Positions 9,301 to 18,729 of a stretch of 64,000 nucleotides of DNA are shown here, piece by piece. The notes under the pieces are model-generated. The model ran no database searches and had not been told where the DNA came from. It saw only the letters and a list, made by a program, of their open reading frames with translations. A program made the position numbers and the translations under genes. The stretch is from a virus (taxonomy: Duplodnaviria > Heunggongvirae > Uroviricota > Caudoviricetes): IMG/VR virus record IMGVR_UViG_3300029604_000306. One strand, written 5' to 3'. The first letter of the stretch is position 1. Each line of letters opens with the position of its first letter.

Positions 9301-11281
9301 CCCATTGGGGTGTGATTTTGACACAGAATCCTTAGTGGTTTCAGAATCAGGGATTGCTATGACAAATGGTGAATACCAATACAGTCTAAAAGAAAATTAC
9401 AAAAACACCGGAAGAACTCTCTTGACAGTTGATATATTTATTCCGACAAAGAATGAATATACAATACAATACAATACTTCTCACGACTATAACTCTATCA
9501 ATGATTATGGAAGGAGCCTGCTAAATTCAATCGTATATGAATCAGGCAACGATAAGATAGGAGAAGGTCTTCCGGACAATGGAGGAAATATAACAGATAA
9601 GGATATCTTGAAGGACATTGACCCTGATACAAATGCAAAGAAATTCGCTTATGCAGAAGCCAGGTATGAAGTTAATTTTCCGGTTGCTGCTGTTACTGGC
9701 CTAAAAAAACAGATTAAAAACTCTGTATCTAGAAAGTATTCTTATGATGAAGTGATACATAAAAACGAAAAATATAGTTATAAAATAAGGCTCACAAATG
9801 ATTCTATAACGAAAGCAAAAGATATTGTGTTTTTTGATTCGCTGGAAAATTTTTATCAAAACCAAGGACAAAATACTCCGACGATATCATCAGACTGGAA
9901 AGGTACACTGAGGGGAGTTGATGTGTCACAGATGGCTTACAAAGGCGCTGCACCTGTGATTTATCTTTCAAAAGTGAGTGGGTTAAATCCTCAGGACCAT
10001 AACGATTTAAAAGAAAAGGATGGTAACGGAAATTCGATATGGTTAGAATACGAAAAATTTTCTAAGGAATACGGATTAGAAAAAGCAACTGCGATTGCTA
10101 TTGATGCGACAAGAAATGAAGATGGCTCAGAATTTATGTTAGACGAAAAAGAATCAATATCGGCCATTATTTATATGCAGGCCCCATCGGAAGATAAAAG
10201 TAATAATCAGGACCCAATTGCTTATAACAATATTTTCGTGCAAAGAACTGCAATAAAGGAAATTGGAAATGAAATTACAGAAATTCCTCAGTTTTACCAT
10301 CAGGATTACACGCAGGCTCACTACCGCATATCCAGCGACATAGGATTTAAAAAAGTAGACGCAACAGAAACAACAGTTGGAATCAAAGGAATAACGTATA
10401 AATTAACTGGTACGTCAGATTATGGAACAGTTTACAACGAAGAGAGAGTTTCTGACAAGAATGGTCAAATGATGTTTTCTAACATTGAAAAGGGCAAATA
10501 CGAGATAAGTGAAATAAAATGTTCTGATGATTGGCAATTAAATAAAGAAGCCTATGTGATTACAGTGAACGGGAAGGGCGAAGTTGAAATCAATGGATTG
10601 AATGTGAATGATGAAGGTTTGTACATTCTTCAGGATGAGCCAAGATACCATGCTGATGTAGCTTTTCAAAAAATCAATAATGTAACGGGTGGGGCCGTTG
10701 AAGGAGTGGTTTTTAAATTATCGGGGACTTCTGAGTATGACAGTGAATATACGCTTTATGTAAAGTCAAATAAGATTGGACGAGTTTCATTTAAAAACAT
10801 TGAGCTTGGTACATACGAATTAAAGGAAGTTGAAGCTCCAGAGGGTTATATAAAAAGCAAAAAGACATTTACGGTAAAGGTTGATGAAGCAGGAAAATCA
10901 ACGATTTATGATGGAGACAAAGAATTGAGTGTGAATGGTAATGGATATTATCAGATTGAAAATGAACCGTATCATACTATCAGATTCTTAAAAAGTAGCA
11001 CATATGGTGACAACATTTATCTTGAAGGAGCAGAGTTTAGCCTTACTGGAATCTCAGATTATGGCACTAGCGTAAATCAAACAGCAACATCTGGAAAAGC
11101 AGAAGATGGTGGACTGGTTGTATTTAGCAATCTTGAGCCAGGAACTTATACCTTAAGGGAAACAAAAGCGCCATCCGGACATTACCTTGATGAAAAACCA
11201 TATAAAGTAGTGATAAAAAAGGATGGTACCTTTACGATTGACGGATTAGACAAAATTCATTTTGGAAAATCCAAAAAATGA
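6350..11281 (+). CDS. giant secreted adhesin with SpaA/Cna-B prealbumin-like domains
   Basis: Signal peptide, acidic linker, C-terminal repeats with GxYxLxExxAPxGY; no sorting motif at the end. Confidence 0.8.
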   Translation: MKKVKRNRVVAMLMAGIMAISQPVSIYASEDNINEIQTQTEDDSGGSINEESQEISDALQEPEISNEFEAEQKQEDSTIQQEAQNEEPGNESTEDQGDFSVEDFSDGDQKSNDIAYPSDENTTKELDWSGCLTGFDNSNIKIFISCEDGTDMEKDDILSVTDMNEKELEKIASKINEQFVDSSVSTISAFDIKRMDANNTEKENNKSYRITVLANDASKIKEAHLYHQIEDGSMEELTFTLGSTEKGEQKIEFVSSGGLGVFSFVNVEKNSSSESQDGVEPTDSDKEVNNDMAAEEENKENDISESKNTTPDLNVDESQSKEKSDEKSDNKNDDESKTTAKADMEIKEDKDEAVTPVSIDEFHVSFVSGANSIDGKNVWNPSDPVSGHAFIYRVDYTMSGVFSTDIGAFKIELPLHILKDKDGNWADTFNCPYRIRTDNMGDDAPDFVYEVDEESNKVTIYNYKPYPTGEAGYVEVSYETAKNTVSYIDMGSSTKVKAKVYATNAASTVTAESEADEVYIDTHATIVYTQKKKPKLYKTWDGTWGEEPSDSKEYYYLVWPIRSYINKNTSSYDFYLNDTIADMGSEVVGYRFSGESGFSKKNHTDNILSYGDRYDYVLTRYSKKKADEATKSNKRYDIHNDIEAVVSPSDHVDEDTNALSSYDWYYEAPVYIGKKGEFWAEKYGIYGEYNRVESSEDISNYTLGEFESGENDTLSYLKYHAIGDGSPYTFSLADGATGTVEDALNGLYWRKNVDYNLIDDGIYIEGTKLNDDDYDIAQAELNPVVKEADFDETTYTFKSRKKTTGFTEENNITVMIRTSTGGWKEAAVYNLNSKKYENINIAYVKKANKRILQFNAGVKALQYKCSQSYYYTELNIYPEISLFRTEHIQEILKNNPEKIAVSNEINFVVSQNKKTILDRTTRGTDYVQKVTRESEIKKDVIKTQNIKKEARFEVTWNAHFKEKYIDDNGIRYIYQNNGKFYDLLPLGCDFDTESLVVSESGIAMTNGEYQYSLKENYKNTGRTLLTVDIFIPTKNEYTIQYNTSHDYNSINDYGRSLLNSIVYESGNDKIGEGLPDNGGNITDKDILKDIDPDTNAKKFAYAEARYEVNFPVAAVTGLKKQIKNSVSRKYSYDEVIHKNEKYSYKIRLTNDSITKAKDIVFFDSLENFYQNQGQNTPTISSDWKGTLRGVDVSQMAYKGAAPVIYLSKVSGLNPQDHNDLKEKDGNGNSIWLEYEKFSKEYGLEKATAIAIDATRNEDGSEFMLDEKESISAIIYMQAPSEDKSNNQDPIAYNNIFVQRTAIKEIGNEITEIPQFYHQDYTQAHYRISSDIGFKKVDATETTVGIKGITYKLTGTSDYGTVYNEERVSDKNGQMMFSNIEKGKYEISEIKCSDDWQLNKEAYVITVNGKGEVEINGLNVNDEGLYILQDEPRYHADVAFQKINNVTGGAVEGVVFKLSGTSEYDSEYTLYVKSNKIGRVSFKNIELGTYELKEVEAPEGYIKSKKTFTVKVDEAGKSTIYDGDKELSVNGNGYYQIENEPYHTIRFLKSSTYGDNIYLEGAEFSLTGISDYGTSVNQTATSGKAEDGGLVVFSNLEPGTYTLRETKAPSGHYLDEKPYKVVIKKDGTFTIDGLDKIHFGKSKK

Positions 11282-11295
11282 TGGAAGGTGAGAAA

Positions 11296-13995
11296 ATGAT
11301 AAAAAAGAAAAGTAATATGCAGCCAGGGAAAAATTCCCTGGCAAAATTTAAAAAACAACAATTTTTTTATTTACCGATGCTATTATTTGGAATCATTCTA
11401 TTTATAATGTCTGTTAGCCGTGTTTATGCAGCAGATAATGCGGTATATTCCACAGTTGGAGGAACGTGGAAAAAGGTTAGTGATACAACTTGGACCATGG
11501 ACAAAGACGGAGACGGAAACACAGATGTGACACTTGTAAAAGACGGAGATGAATGGAAGTATATCTTCAATGTTGCTGATGATTCGGCGATGTACTATGG
11601 ATGGGAAACTAATATTCCAGACGGATATGAGGTTGAAAATGGTTATGGAACGAAGGAGAATCCGGCTATCAGTAGCCAGTATGCGCATACATCAAATATT
11701 GACAAAGATGGAGTACAGGATGGAGTCTATGAAGGTGGCGTAGATGAGACGAAAGTGTATACTGTTCCTGGTGCGTCGTATGTTCTGGCGTCAGGAAAAT
11801 ATGACCTGGCAGATGGCGATTTTTTAGTGTTATGGCATGGCAATCATCCGGAATATACGGCTGTAAAGGATTGTGAAAAAGGAACAAAACTGTCTGGCAA
11901 AGGGAGTATTACTGCTGCATCATATGATAATGGCACTATAACAGTTGGCTTTCATTCAGAAAAAGCCGGTAAAAAAGGCTACGGATACTATGCTACAATA
12001 AAAGGAAATACAAACATGGAAGGTTTGATGGCAACAAACATGTCTACAGAAGAAACACCATTACGCACAGGAAGTATAAAGCTGACGAAAAAAGTAGAAG
12101 ATAAATATGGAAACAGTATTAATACGGATGAAGTATTTAAATTTAATATTGAATTTATGACCGAAGACGAGGAAGTGAAAAAAGCATTAAGCGGAACGAA
12201 GGTTTATGGTGATGTTACTTTAACAGATGGAAAGGGGTCGTTTTACATATCGAAAGACCAAACTATGAACATTTATGGTGTTCCCACAAAGAATGATAAA
12301 GATGGAAAATCATTGGTCAGGTTTAAGATATCGGAAGAGAGTGTTTCTGATAAATATAGCTGTGTATATTCCGGAGATATCGATTCGCAGGGAGAGGGTG
12401 ATTTTTATGCAAATAATTGCTATCTGGTCTCTGCAACAAATATCAAAATTGCAGAGCCAACACAAAAAACACAAATTTTAGTTATAAAAAAACAGGTCAA
12501 AAAAAGCAACAGACAGGATTCGTTTAGGTTTTTTGTATCTTTCGAAAACTTAAATAGCGGAACAGAATATAAATATAAGAAGGGTGAAGAAGAAAAAAGC
12601 TTCAAAGCAGGTGAAGATGGAACTGCAGATATAGCATTTGACCTTTCCGATAAGGAAGAAATGGTCTTTGAAAGTCTGCCTGTAAATTGTGTTTATCAAA
12701 TAACAGAAGACGCAAGTGACTATTATGCATCATATGAAATCTCAGATTCCGTGAATGTGGTGCAGCAGAAACAGGACAACGCTCAGGCTAATCAGTCTTT
12801 ATCAACTGGAAAAGAAACGGTTGATGCGGATGAAAATGCTACAGTGACATTTACCAATACTGGAAAAGAAGAGTCAGAACCGGAAGCAGAAACAACAAAA
12901 ATAGCTGTAAAAAAGATATGGGATGATAACGATAATTCTGCAGGAAGACGTCCAGATAGTATTACGGTATATCTGATGCAGGATGAAAATGTAATGAAGA
13001 ATATTACTTTAAATGGAGATAATGGATGGCAGGCGGAGTTTGATAATCTTGATGTATACCAAGAAGACGGAAAGACAAAATATACGTATTCTGTTCAGGA
13101 AGAAAAAGTTGATGGCTATATTTCAAAAGTTGCAGAAAGTACTGCTGAAGAAAACGGCGAAAGCATAAAACTTTTCACTGTTACAAATACTGCAGTGTCA
13201 ACCGGAGCGATTAAGGTCACAAAAACAGTTGAAGGTGATAAGGCTGAGGCAGGCAAGGCATTTAAATTTAACATCACCCTCCAGAAAGATGGCCAGCCGG
13301 TGACAGGTGTTTACAATCTTGACAGCAAAGCCGGAACAAAGACCGGAACAATCGTATTTGACGAAAATGGAAAGGCTTCGTTTGAATTAAAACATAACGA
13401 ATCAATCGTAATCTCAGGTCTTCCAATCGGTGCTTCATATGAAATCGCAGAGAACCCATATAAGTACTATACCGCATCAGATGAAGGTAAATATTCCGGA
13501 GTAATCCCTGAGGGAACTGCAGAAGTCAATGTGGTAAATACGCATAAAGAAATGTACAGCATCTCTGTTACTAAAACAGTCAAAGGAAACCAGGGAGACA
13601 AAACGAAAGAATTTGATTTTGTCCTGAAACTTACGGCAGGAGATGGAATTGACCTTCCGGCAACGGTAGAATATAAAAAAGGAGAGGAAAGCGGAAAGAT
13701 AGACTTAACAAATGGAGAAGCAGTATTTAAACTTGCACACGGAGAAGAAATCACATTTAAAGACCTTCCGGCGGGTATTGGCTATGAGGTAACAGAAAGT
13801 GGTGCCGAAAATGACGGATATACCGTCAGCAGCGAAAATGCTTCAGGTGTGGTTAAGGCAGATGTGAATGTTTCTTTTGTAAATACGAAAAATGTTGGAA
13901 TCCCAACGTCATCCATGACCAATACGATTGTGATGCTACTTATTGTATGCATTGCAGTTTGCGGTGTGGTGTATGGTGCAAGGAAGAGGAGATAA
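11296..13995 (+). CDS. Cna-B/pilin-domain cell-wall-anchored protein
   Basis: Signal peptide; KIWDD..RPDSITVYL Cna-B motif; repeated KTVxG..FxF domains; IPTS sorting motif + TM + KRR tail. Confidence 0.8.
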   Translation: MIKKKSNMQPGKNSLAKFKKQQFFYLPMLLFGIILFIMSVSRVYAADNAVYSTVGGTWKKVSDTTWTMDKDGDGNTDVTLVKDGDEWKYIFNVADDSAMYYGWETNIPDGYEVENGYGTKENPAISSQYAHTSNIDKDGVQDGVYEGGVDETKVYTVPGASYVLASGKYDLADGDFLVLWHGNHPEYTAVKDCEKGTKLSGKGSITAASYDNGTITVGFHSEKAGKKGYGYYATIKGNTNMEGLMATNMSTEETPLRTGSIKLTKKVEDKYGNSINTDEVFKFNIEFMTEDEEVKKALSGTKVYGDVTLTDGKGSFYISKDQTMNIYGVPTKNDKDGKSLVRFKISEESVSDKYSCVYSGDIDSQGEGDFYANNCYLVSATNIKIAEPTQKTQILVIKKQVKKSNRQDSFRFFVSFENLNSGTEYKYKKGEEEKSFKAGEDGTADIAFDLSDKEEMVFESLPVNCVYQITEDASDYYASYEISDSVNVVQQKQDNAQANQSLSTGKETVDADENATVTFTNTGKEESEPEAETTKIAVKKIWDDNDNSAGRRPDSITVYLMQDENVMKNITLNGDNGWQAEFDNLDVYQEDGKTKYTYSVQEEKVDGYISKVAESTAEENGESIKLFTVTNTAVSTGAIKVTKTVEGDKAEAGKAFKFNITLQKDGQPVTGVYNLDSKAGTKTGTIVFDENGKASFELKHNESIVISGLPIGASYEIAENPYKYYTASDEGKYSGVIPEGTAEVNVVNTHKEMYSISVTKTVKGNQGDKTKEFDFVLKLTAGDGIDLPATVEYKKGEESGKIDLTNGEAVFKLAHGEEITFKDLPAGIGYEVTESGAENDGYTVSSENASGVVKADVNVSFVNTKNVGIPTSSMTNTIVMLLIVCIAVCGVVYGARKRR

Positions 13996-14138
13996 GAAAA
14001 ATATGAAGACGTGGCTATGTAATGGCTGCGTCTTTTTTTTGTGTTGCCAAGCGCCTAAGTACGCTCCATCGCTTCGCAAAAGAAAATAAAAAATTTTTCA
14101 AAAAAACGTCACACTCTTGGAATTATTTTGCATATTAA

Positions 14139-14362
14139 TTGTAGAGCATACAAACAGAACGTAAGAGGCATTTAAGAAATAAGTGGGAATTCTCGGATAT
14201 TTAATTGCCGAGATGAACCTGCCGAGCTACGGAGTCACGCTTACAGACGTGACATAATATGCCACCCGAATAGGCAGGAAAGGAGAGAGCATGCGGGCTC
14301 AAAGCCTGTGTCTTTAGACTGTCTTCTTCGGAAGCCTGTTTCTTTAGATGCGGGTAGTTCAC
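14139..14362 (+). ncRNA. orphan IS200/IS605 right-end / omegaRNA-like element
   Basis: Ends GAAGCCTG-TTTCTTTAGA-TGCGGGTAGTTCAC, typical of tnpB right ends; GCGGGCTCAAAGCCTGTG upstream; no tnpB ORF. Confidence 0.5.
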
Positions 14363-14407
14363 ATGTAGAGCAAAAAAAAGGAGCTAAAAGCAAACAAGAA
14401 AATGCTC

Positions 14408-14538
14408 AACGGAGAACGGGGAATCCCCGGCCGACCAAAAGTCGTCCGCGGGTCAAAGGCTCCGGTTTTAACTTCGCACGCGGGTCTGCATCCCCGTTCG
14501 AAGTCAGGTTACGAGTCCGGCTTTGCTGGCGAGTTATC
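14408..14538 (+). mobile_element. mini-element family I
   Basis: Full left core and GGCGAGTTATC end; flanks TC|A. Confidence 0.8.
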
Positions 14539-14705
14539 AAAACCTAAAAGGAGAAAAGCACTCCGCAAAAAAAGACGGCAAAAAAAATAAAACCAAATCA
14601 GTCGTCAGTCGCCAGAGCGAAAGCTGTCCAGCTGGTGGCATGTAATTTCATATGGAAAGGCCAAAGGCCCCAAAAATATAATAAAGAAAAAGGAGAGAAA
14701 AACAT

Positions 14706-15998
14706 ATGAATAAGAATAGAAAGATTAGACACATTTTACCAAAGGTAGGTATGACAGCACTTATGGCTGCTACCGCATTCGCAGGCATGGGAACTCCGGT
14801 TTTCGCTGCAGCAGGTACAAACTATGGTACAACAATTGAAGGAACAAAGACAACTACATTCGATAAATTCCTGCTTATGGACAGTCAGGCAAACGTGCCG
14901 AATGCTACATTCTCTTATGCAGTAACAGCAGGTAATGCAAAAGCTTACGATGTTGCTGGAAAGAAATTCCAGGTTCTCGCTGGTGTTGATGCAGACAAAA
15001 TCACAATGGCAGGTGTTGGTGAAGGCGCAGAAGCAAATAAAATCGTGTTCAAGCAGGGCGATGGCTCCGATACACACGACACAACAAAAGATAATTATGT
15101 AAAAGACCTTGCAGCTGGAAAGAAATATGCACTGAAAACTGCTACACTTGACTTTTCTAAAGTACAGTTTACAGAACCAGGTGTTTACCGCTATGTTATC
15201 ACAGAGTCCGGTACAAACCAGGCTATCACAAACGACGCTGACCTTACAAGAGTCCTTGATGTGTATGTAAACGATGCTTCTTCAGATGCAGATGGTGCAC
15301 TTGTAAAGAAACTGATAATCGAAGGATATGTTCTTCATTCTAATGTAGATGATGAACCAGACGTAGCAGCAGGCGAGAATTTCGGTTCCGCAGGTGCTTA
15401 TGTAGCAACAAAATCCCAGGGCTTCACAAACAGCTATGATACATCTGACCTGACACTGAGAAAACAGGTTACTGGTAACCAGGCTTCCCGTGATAAGTAC
15501 TTCGAGTTTACTCTGAACATTGACAAGGCTCAGCCAAATACAAAATACGATGTTGTTATTGATGATGCAGACGCTACATCTAAAACAAATGCTGCTACAA
15601 TTGATGCAAATGCTGGACAGGCTAACGTTACATCTATCACAACAGACGGTGCTGGTAAAGCAACACAGAAATTCTATCTGCAGCATGGCCAGCAGATTAC
15701 AGTACAGGGTCTTGCAAAAGATACAACATACGCTGTAACAGAGAATACAGAAGATTACAAATCCACAGCAAACACAGCAGCCGCTCCGGTTGTAGATGTT
15801 AAAGCAGATACAATCTCCGCAGAAGTTAACGGAACAATTGCTTCCAAAGACCTTACAACTGGTTACCTGAATACACGTGATGGTGTTATCCCAACTGGTG
15901 TTATTATGGCGGTTGCCCCGTTCGCAGTTGTAACTATTCTTGGTGGTGCCGGCGTTGTAACTATGGTAATGAAGAAAAACAAGAAAGAGGATGAGTAA
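14706..15998 (+). CDS. major (backbone) pilin, sortase-B-type sorting signal
   Basis: Signal peptide; FTEPGVYRYVITE pilin motif; VIPTGV + TM + basic tail. Confidence 0.85.
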   Translation: MNKNRKIRHILPKVGMTALMAATAFAGMGTPVFAAAGTNYGTTIEGTKTTTFDKFLLMDSQANVPNATFSYAVTAGNAKAYDVAGKKFQVLAGVDADKITMAGVGEGAEANKIVFKQGDGSDTHDTTKDNYVKDLAAGKKYALKTATLDFSKVQFTEPGVYRYVITESGTNQAITNDADLTRVLDVYVNDASSDADGALVKKLIIEGYVLHSNVDDEPDVAAGENFGSAGAYVATKSQGFTNSYDTSDLTLRKQVTGNQASRDKYFEFTLNIDKAQPNTKYDVVIDDADATSKTNAATIDANAGQANVTSITTDGAGKATQKFYLQHGQQITVQGLAKDTTYAVTENTEDYKSTANTAAAPVVDVKADTISAEVNGTIASKDLTTGYLNTRDGVIPTGVIMAVAPFAVVTILGGAGVVTMVMKKNKKEDE

Positions 15999-16076
15999 TC
16001 CGTTCTGATTGAGTTTTTCAGCGGCACCACTCGGTGCAACCGCCTCAGTCACACGCGAGTTTTGCTCGCGGTGACT

Positions 16077-16180
16077 TGGCTGTCGCTCCATTCGCAGTCG
16101 TTACACTCCTTGGTGGTGCCGGTGTTGTAACGATGGTTATGAAGAAAAACAAGAAAGAGGATGAGTAATCTTTTCTGATT
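16077..16180 (+). repeat. diverged duplicate of the pilin gene 3' end (15907-16010)
   Basis: About 104-nt direct repeat; coding differences are almost all synonymous. Confidence 0.85.
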
Positions 16181-16251
16181 AATTTTAACTTTACGGCTCC
16201 GGCGAGCCTTCGGCTCGCCTCCACAGCCGTACATAGCATTTAAGAAAGGCG

Positions 16252-16821
16252 GTGTCAAAAATTCCAAAAAAAGAACCCAAAAAAGACGAAGAAGTAACCC
16301 CGGAAAACGAAAAAAGCGAAGCTAAAAAAAAGGAGAAGCGGTTACATCCGTTAATAAAACTTCTTATAAAAATAGCAGTTCTTGGCGTGATTATCTTTTT
16401 AGTCCTTACATATGTTCTTGGATTTTATCGGATGACAGGAAATAATATGTTTCCTTTTGTAAAAGATGGGGATTTATGCATCGTCTATAAACTTGATGAG
16501 TATACAACTGGTGATGTCGTGGCGTATAAAAATAAAAACGGCAAAACCAAGATTGGAAGAATTGTTGCAGTCGGAGGTCAGGAGGTTAATTTCCCAAAAG
16601 ATGGCGGATATACGGTTGATGGCTATCAGCCGGCAGAAGAAATCACTTATCAGACATTTGGTGCTGATGGAGTGAAGTATCCGACTGAAGTTGGAAAGAA
16701 TGAGTTCTTTGTTATGAACGATTTCCGTTCTGATACGGATGACAGCCGCCAAATTGGCAGCATTAAGGAATCCAAGATATGCGGAAAACTCTTATTCCTT
16801 ATAAGAAGGAGAGGCTTCTGA
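16252..16821 (+). CDS. SipA/LepA-like signal-peptidase-I-fold pilus chaperone (likely inactive)
   Basis: S26 fold, but GNNMFP replaces GxSMxP and IGRIV replaces IKRV; lies between pilin and sortase. Confidence 0.8.
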   Translation: MSKIPKKEPKKDEEVTPENEKSEAKKKEKRLHPLIKLLIKIAVLGVIIFLVLTYVLGFYRMTGNNMFPFVKDGDLCIVYKLDEYTTGDVVAYKNKNGKTKIGRIVAVGGQEVNFPKDGGYTVDGYQPAEEITYQTFGADGVKYPTEVGKNEFFVMNDFRSDTDDSRQIGSIKESKICGKLLFLIRRRGF

Positions 16822-17540
16822 TGGTAAGAAAGATAATCCGGTTTATTGACAATATGATTGATAAGACTGTTTTTCTTGTTTGCCTGGTCTTGTTCCTGCT
16901 CGGGTCTTATGGACTTTACGACAGTTATATGGTATATCAGCAGGCGACAGACGACAGTATCTTGAAGTATAAGCCGGGATATGAGACCGATGACGCAACA
17001 AATAAAAAAATAAAAGAAAATATGGTGGCCTGGCTGACCGTTGATAACACAAATATTGATTATCCGGTCATGCAGGGTAAAGATAACAATGAATATCTAA
17101 ACAAAGACCCGTTCGGTGATTACTCTTTATCAGGAAGTATCTTCCTTGACAGTAGAAATAACCCGGATTTTGATGATTATTATTCGTTGGTGTATGGACA
17201 CCATATGGAACAGGGTATGATGTTCGGAGCACTTGATGATTATCTTAAAGAAGGCTATCTTGATTCACACAGCAGCGGAACCCTCACGGTTGGTGAGAAA
17301 AAATATAAACTTCGTTTTTTCGCAGTGCTCGAATGTGAGGCAACGGAACCTGCAATATTTGCCCCAACAGAAAATGATAATGAAACTTTGGATTACATCA
17401 AGCAGCATGCGCTATTTCTGGACGATAGCAACTTGCCAAAAGAAAATGAAAAACTTCTTGGATTATCTACATGTAAATACCCTGATACAGTTGAAAGAAC
17501 ATTGATTTTTGGCGCTATGGTGCCAGAAAAAAGAAAATAA
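16821..17540 (+). CDS. srtB: class B sortase
   Basis: IDYPVMQGKDN..YL, YGHHM..G.MFG and LSTC..R motifs. Confidence 0.9.
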   Translation: MVRKIIRFIDNMIDKTVFLVCLVLFLLGSYGLYDSYMVYQQATDDSILKYKPGYETDDATNKKIKENMVAWLTVDNTNIDYPVMQGKDNNEYLNKDPFGDYSLSGSIFLDSRNNPDFDDYYSLVYGHHMEQGMMFGALDDYLKEGYLDSHSSGTLTVGEKKYKLRFFAVLECEATEPAIFAPTENDNETLDYIKQHALFLDDSNLPKENEKLLGLSTCKYPDTVERTLIFGAMVPEKRK

Positions 17541-17605
17541 GAAGCCAAAAAGCAAGGCGTCCTGTGAAAGACCAGGGCGCCTTTTTTAAAGGAGGAGACA
17601 AAAGG

Positions 17606-18232
17606 ATGAGAAAATATATCTTGCCGTTGATTTTTGCATCTATGTGGGTAATGACGACTCCGGTCTACGCAGCAGAGCCAGTTGATGCAATCGTACCAGT
17701 ATCATGCACTGCAGAAGGTAGCGCGGAAAGTTTTGCCGTATCGATTCAAGGAGATAGCGGGTTTAAGGCTTCTCCGGAAAGATTAGAACTAAAAAATGGA
17801 GAGAGCAAAGACTTTACCATATCCATCAACCTCCCTGGAGATTATAAATATAAAATCTATCAGGAAAAAGGAACAGAAAAGAATACAGAATATGACAGTA
17901 ATATATATTATGCAGAGGTTTTTGTCACGGAAGGTGAAGATGGGAAGTTAAACGCAGATACGGTTGTTTTTACAAACGGAAGCAGCGAGAAGTCAGCGGA
18001 ATGTGAATTTATAAACAAAATCACAAAAGAGACAGAACAAAAAGAAAATGGGAATCCAAGCGGTGGTTCATCATCAAATGGAGGTTTAGCAACGCAGAAA
18101 GGTAGTAGCTCTGACGCACCAACGGTAAAAACTGGTGTTGAAACAAATGAACTCATGTATGTTGAAATTGGTCTGATTGGCATGGTTGTGGCAGCGATAG
18201 CCGTAAGAAAAAGAAATAAGAAAAGACGGTAA
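17606..18232 (+). CDS. minor/basal pilin (FctB-like)
   Basis: Signal peptide, PGDYKYKIYQ motif, VKTG sorting motif + TM + basic tail. Confidence 0.75.
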   Translation: MRKYILPLIFASMWVMTTPVYAAEPVDAIVPVSCTAEGSAESFAVSIQGDSGFKASPERLELKNGESKDFTISINLPGDYKYKIYQEKGTEKNTEYDSNIYYAEVFVTEGEDGKLNADTVVFTNGSSEKSAECEFINKITKETEQKENGNPSGGSSSNGGLATQKGSSSDAPTVKTGVETNELMYVEIGLIGMVVAAIAVRKRNKKRR

Positions 18233-18397
18233 GGTGAGGGAAGGTGATAAAAATAAAGAAGCAAAAAGTAATAGCGATGCATCAAACAACAGTACTATTC
18301 GGTCCAAGACGCTGACAATATTCAAGAATCCATATATAAAGATTTGTATAACAACGCCAAAACTATGTCAGAAAGACCTGATGGATATCGCTACCAT

Positions 18398-18485
18398 GAT
18401 ACCGCGAGCTACGCTCGTGTGTATAAAGCCCGCAAAGGCTGACAAACGACGACGAAGTCGGGGTGTAGAACACGGGCGGGGTTTA
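18398..18485 (-). mobile_element. mini-element family II, left end lost
   Basis: Reverse complement of the right-end hairpin and of the internal CTACACnCCGACTTCGTCGTCG module. Confidence 0.65.
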
Positions 18486-18489
18486 TATC

Positions 18490-18615
18490 AACGGAGAACG
18501 GAAAGTCCCCGGCCGACGAAAAGTCGTCCGCGGGTCAAATGTTTCGGTTCTAACTTCGCACGTGGGGCAGAATCCCCGTTCGAAGTCTGGTTACGAGCCG
18601 AAACGGCGAGTTATC
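18490..18615 (+). mobile_element. mini-element family I
   Basis: Full core and GGCGAGTTATC end; flanks TC|A; lies in a minus-strand GCATATT|GATA motif. Confidence 0.8.
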
Positions 18616-18729
18616 AATATGCAGAATAAGTGTGCAAAAACAACACAAAAAAAAGAAGCAAAAATGAATTCCGCTTCTTTTTTTTGAACATCGATTGTGA
18701 GCCGCCATGAACATGTTCAACGTTCCTCG

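Noticed and set aside
15907..16180. DGR template/variable repeat pair
   Set aside because: Differences are synonymous rather than adenine-specific, and there is no reverse transcriptase in the window.
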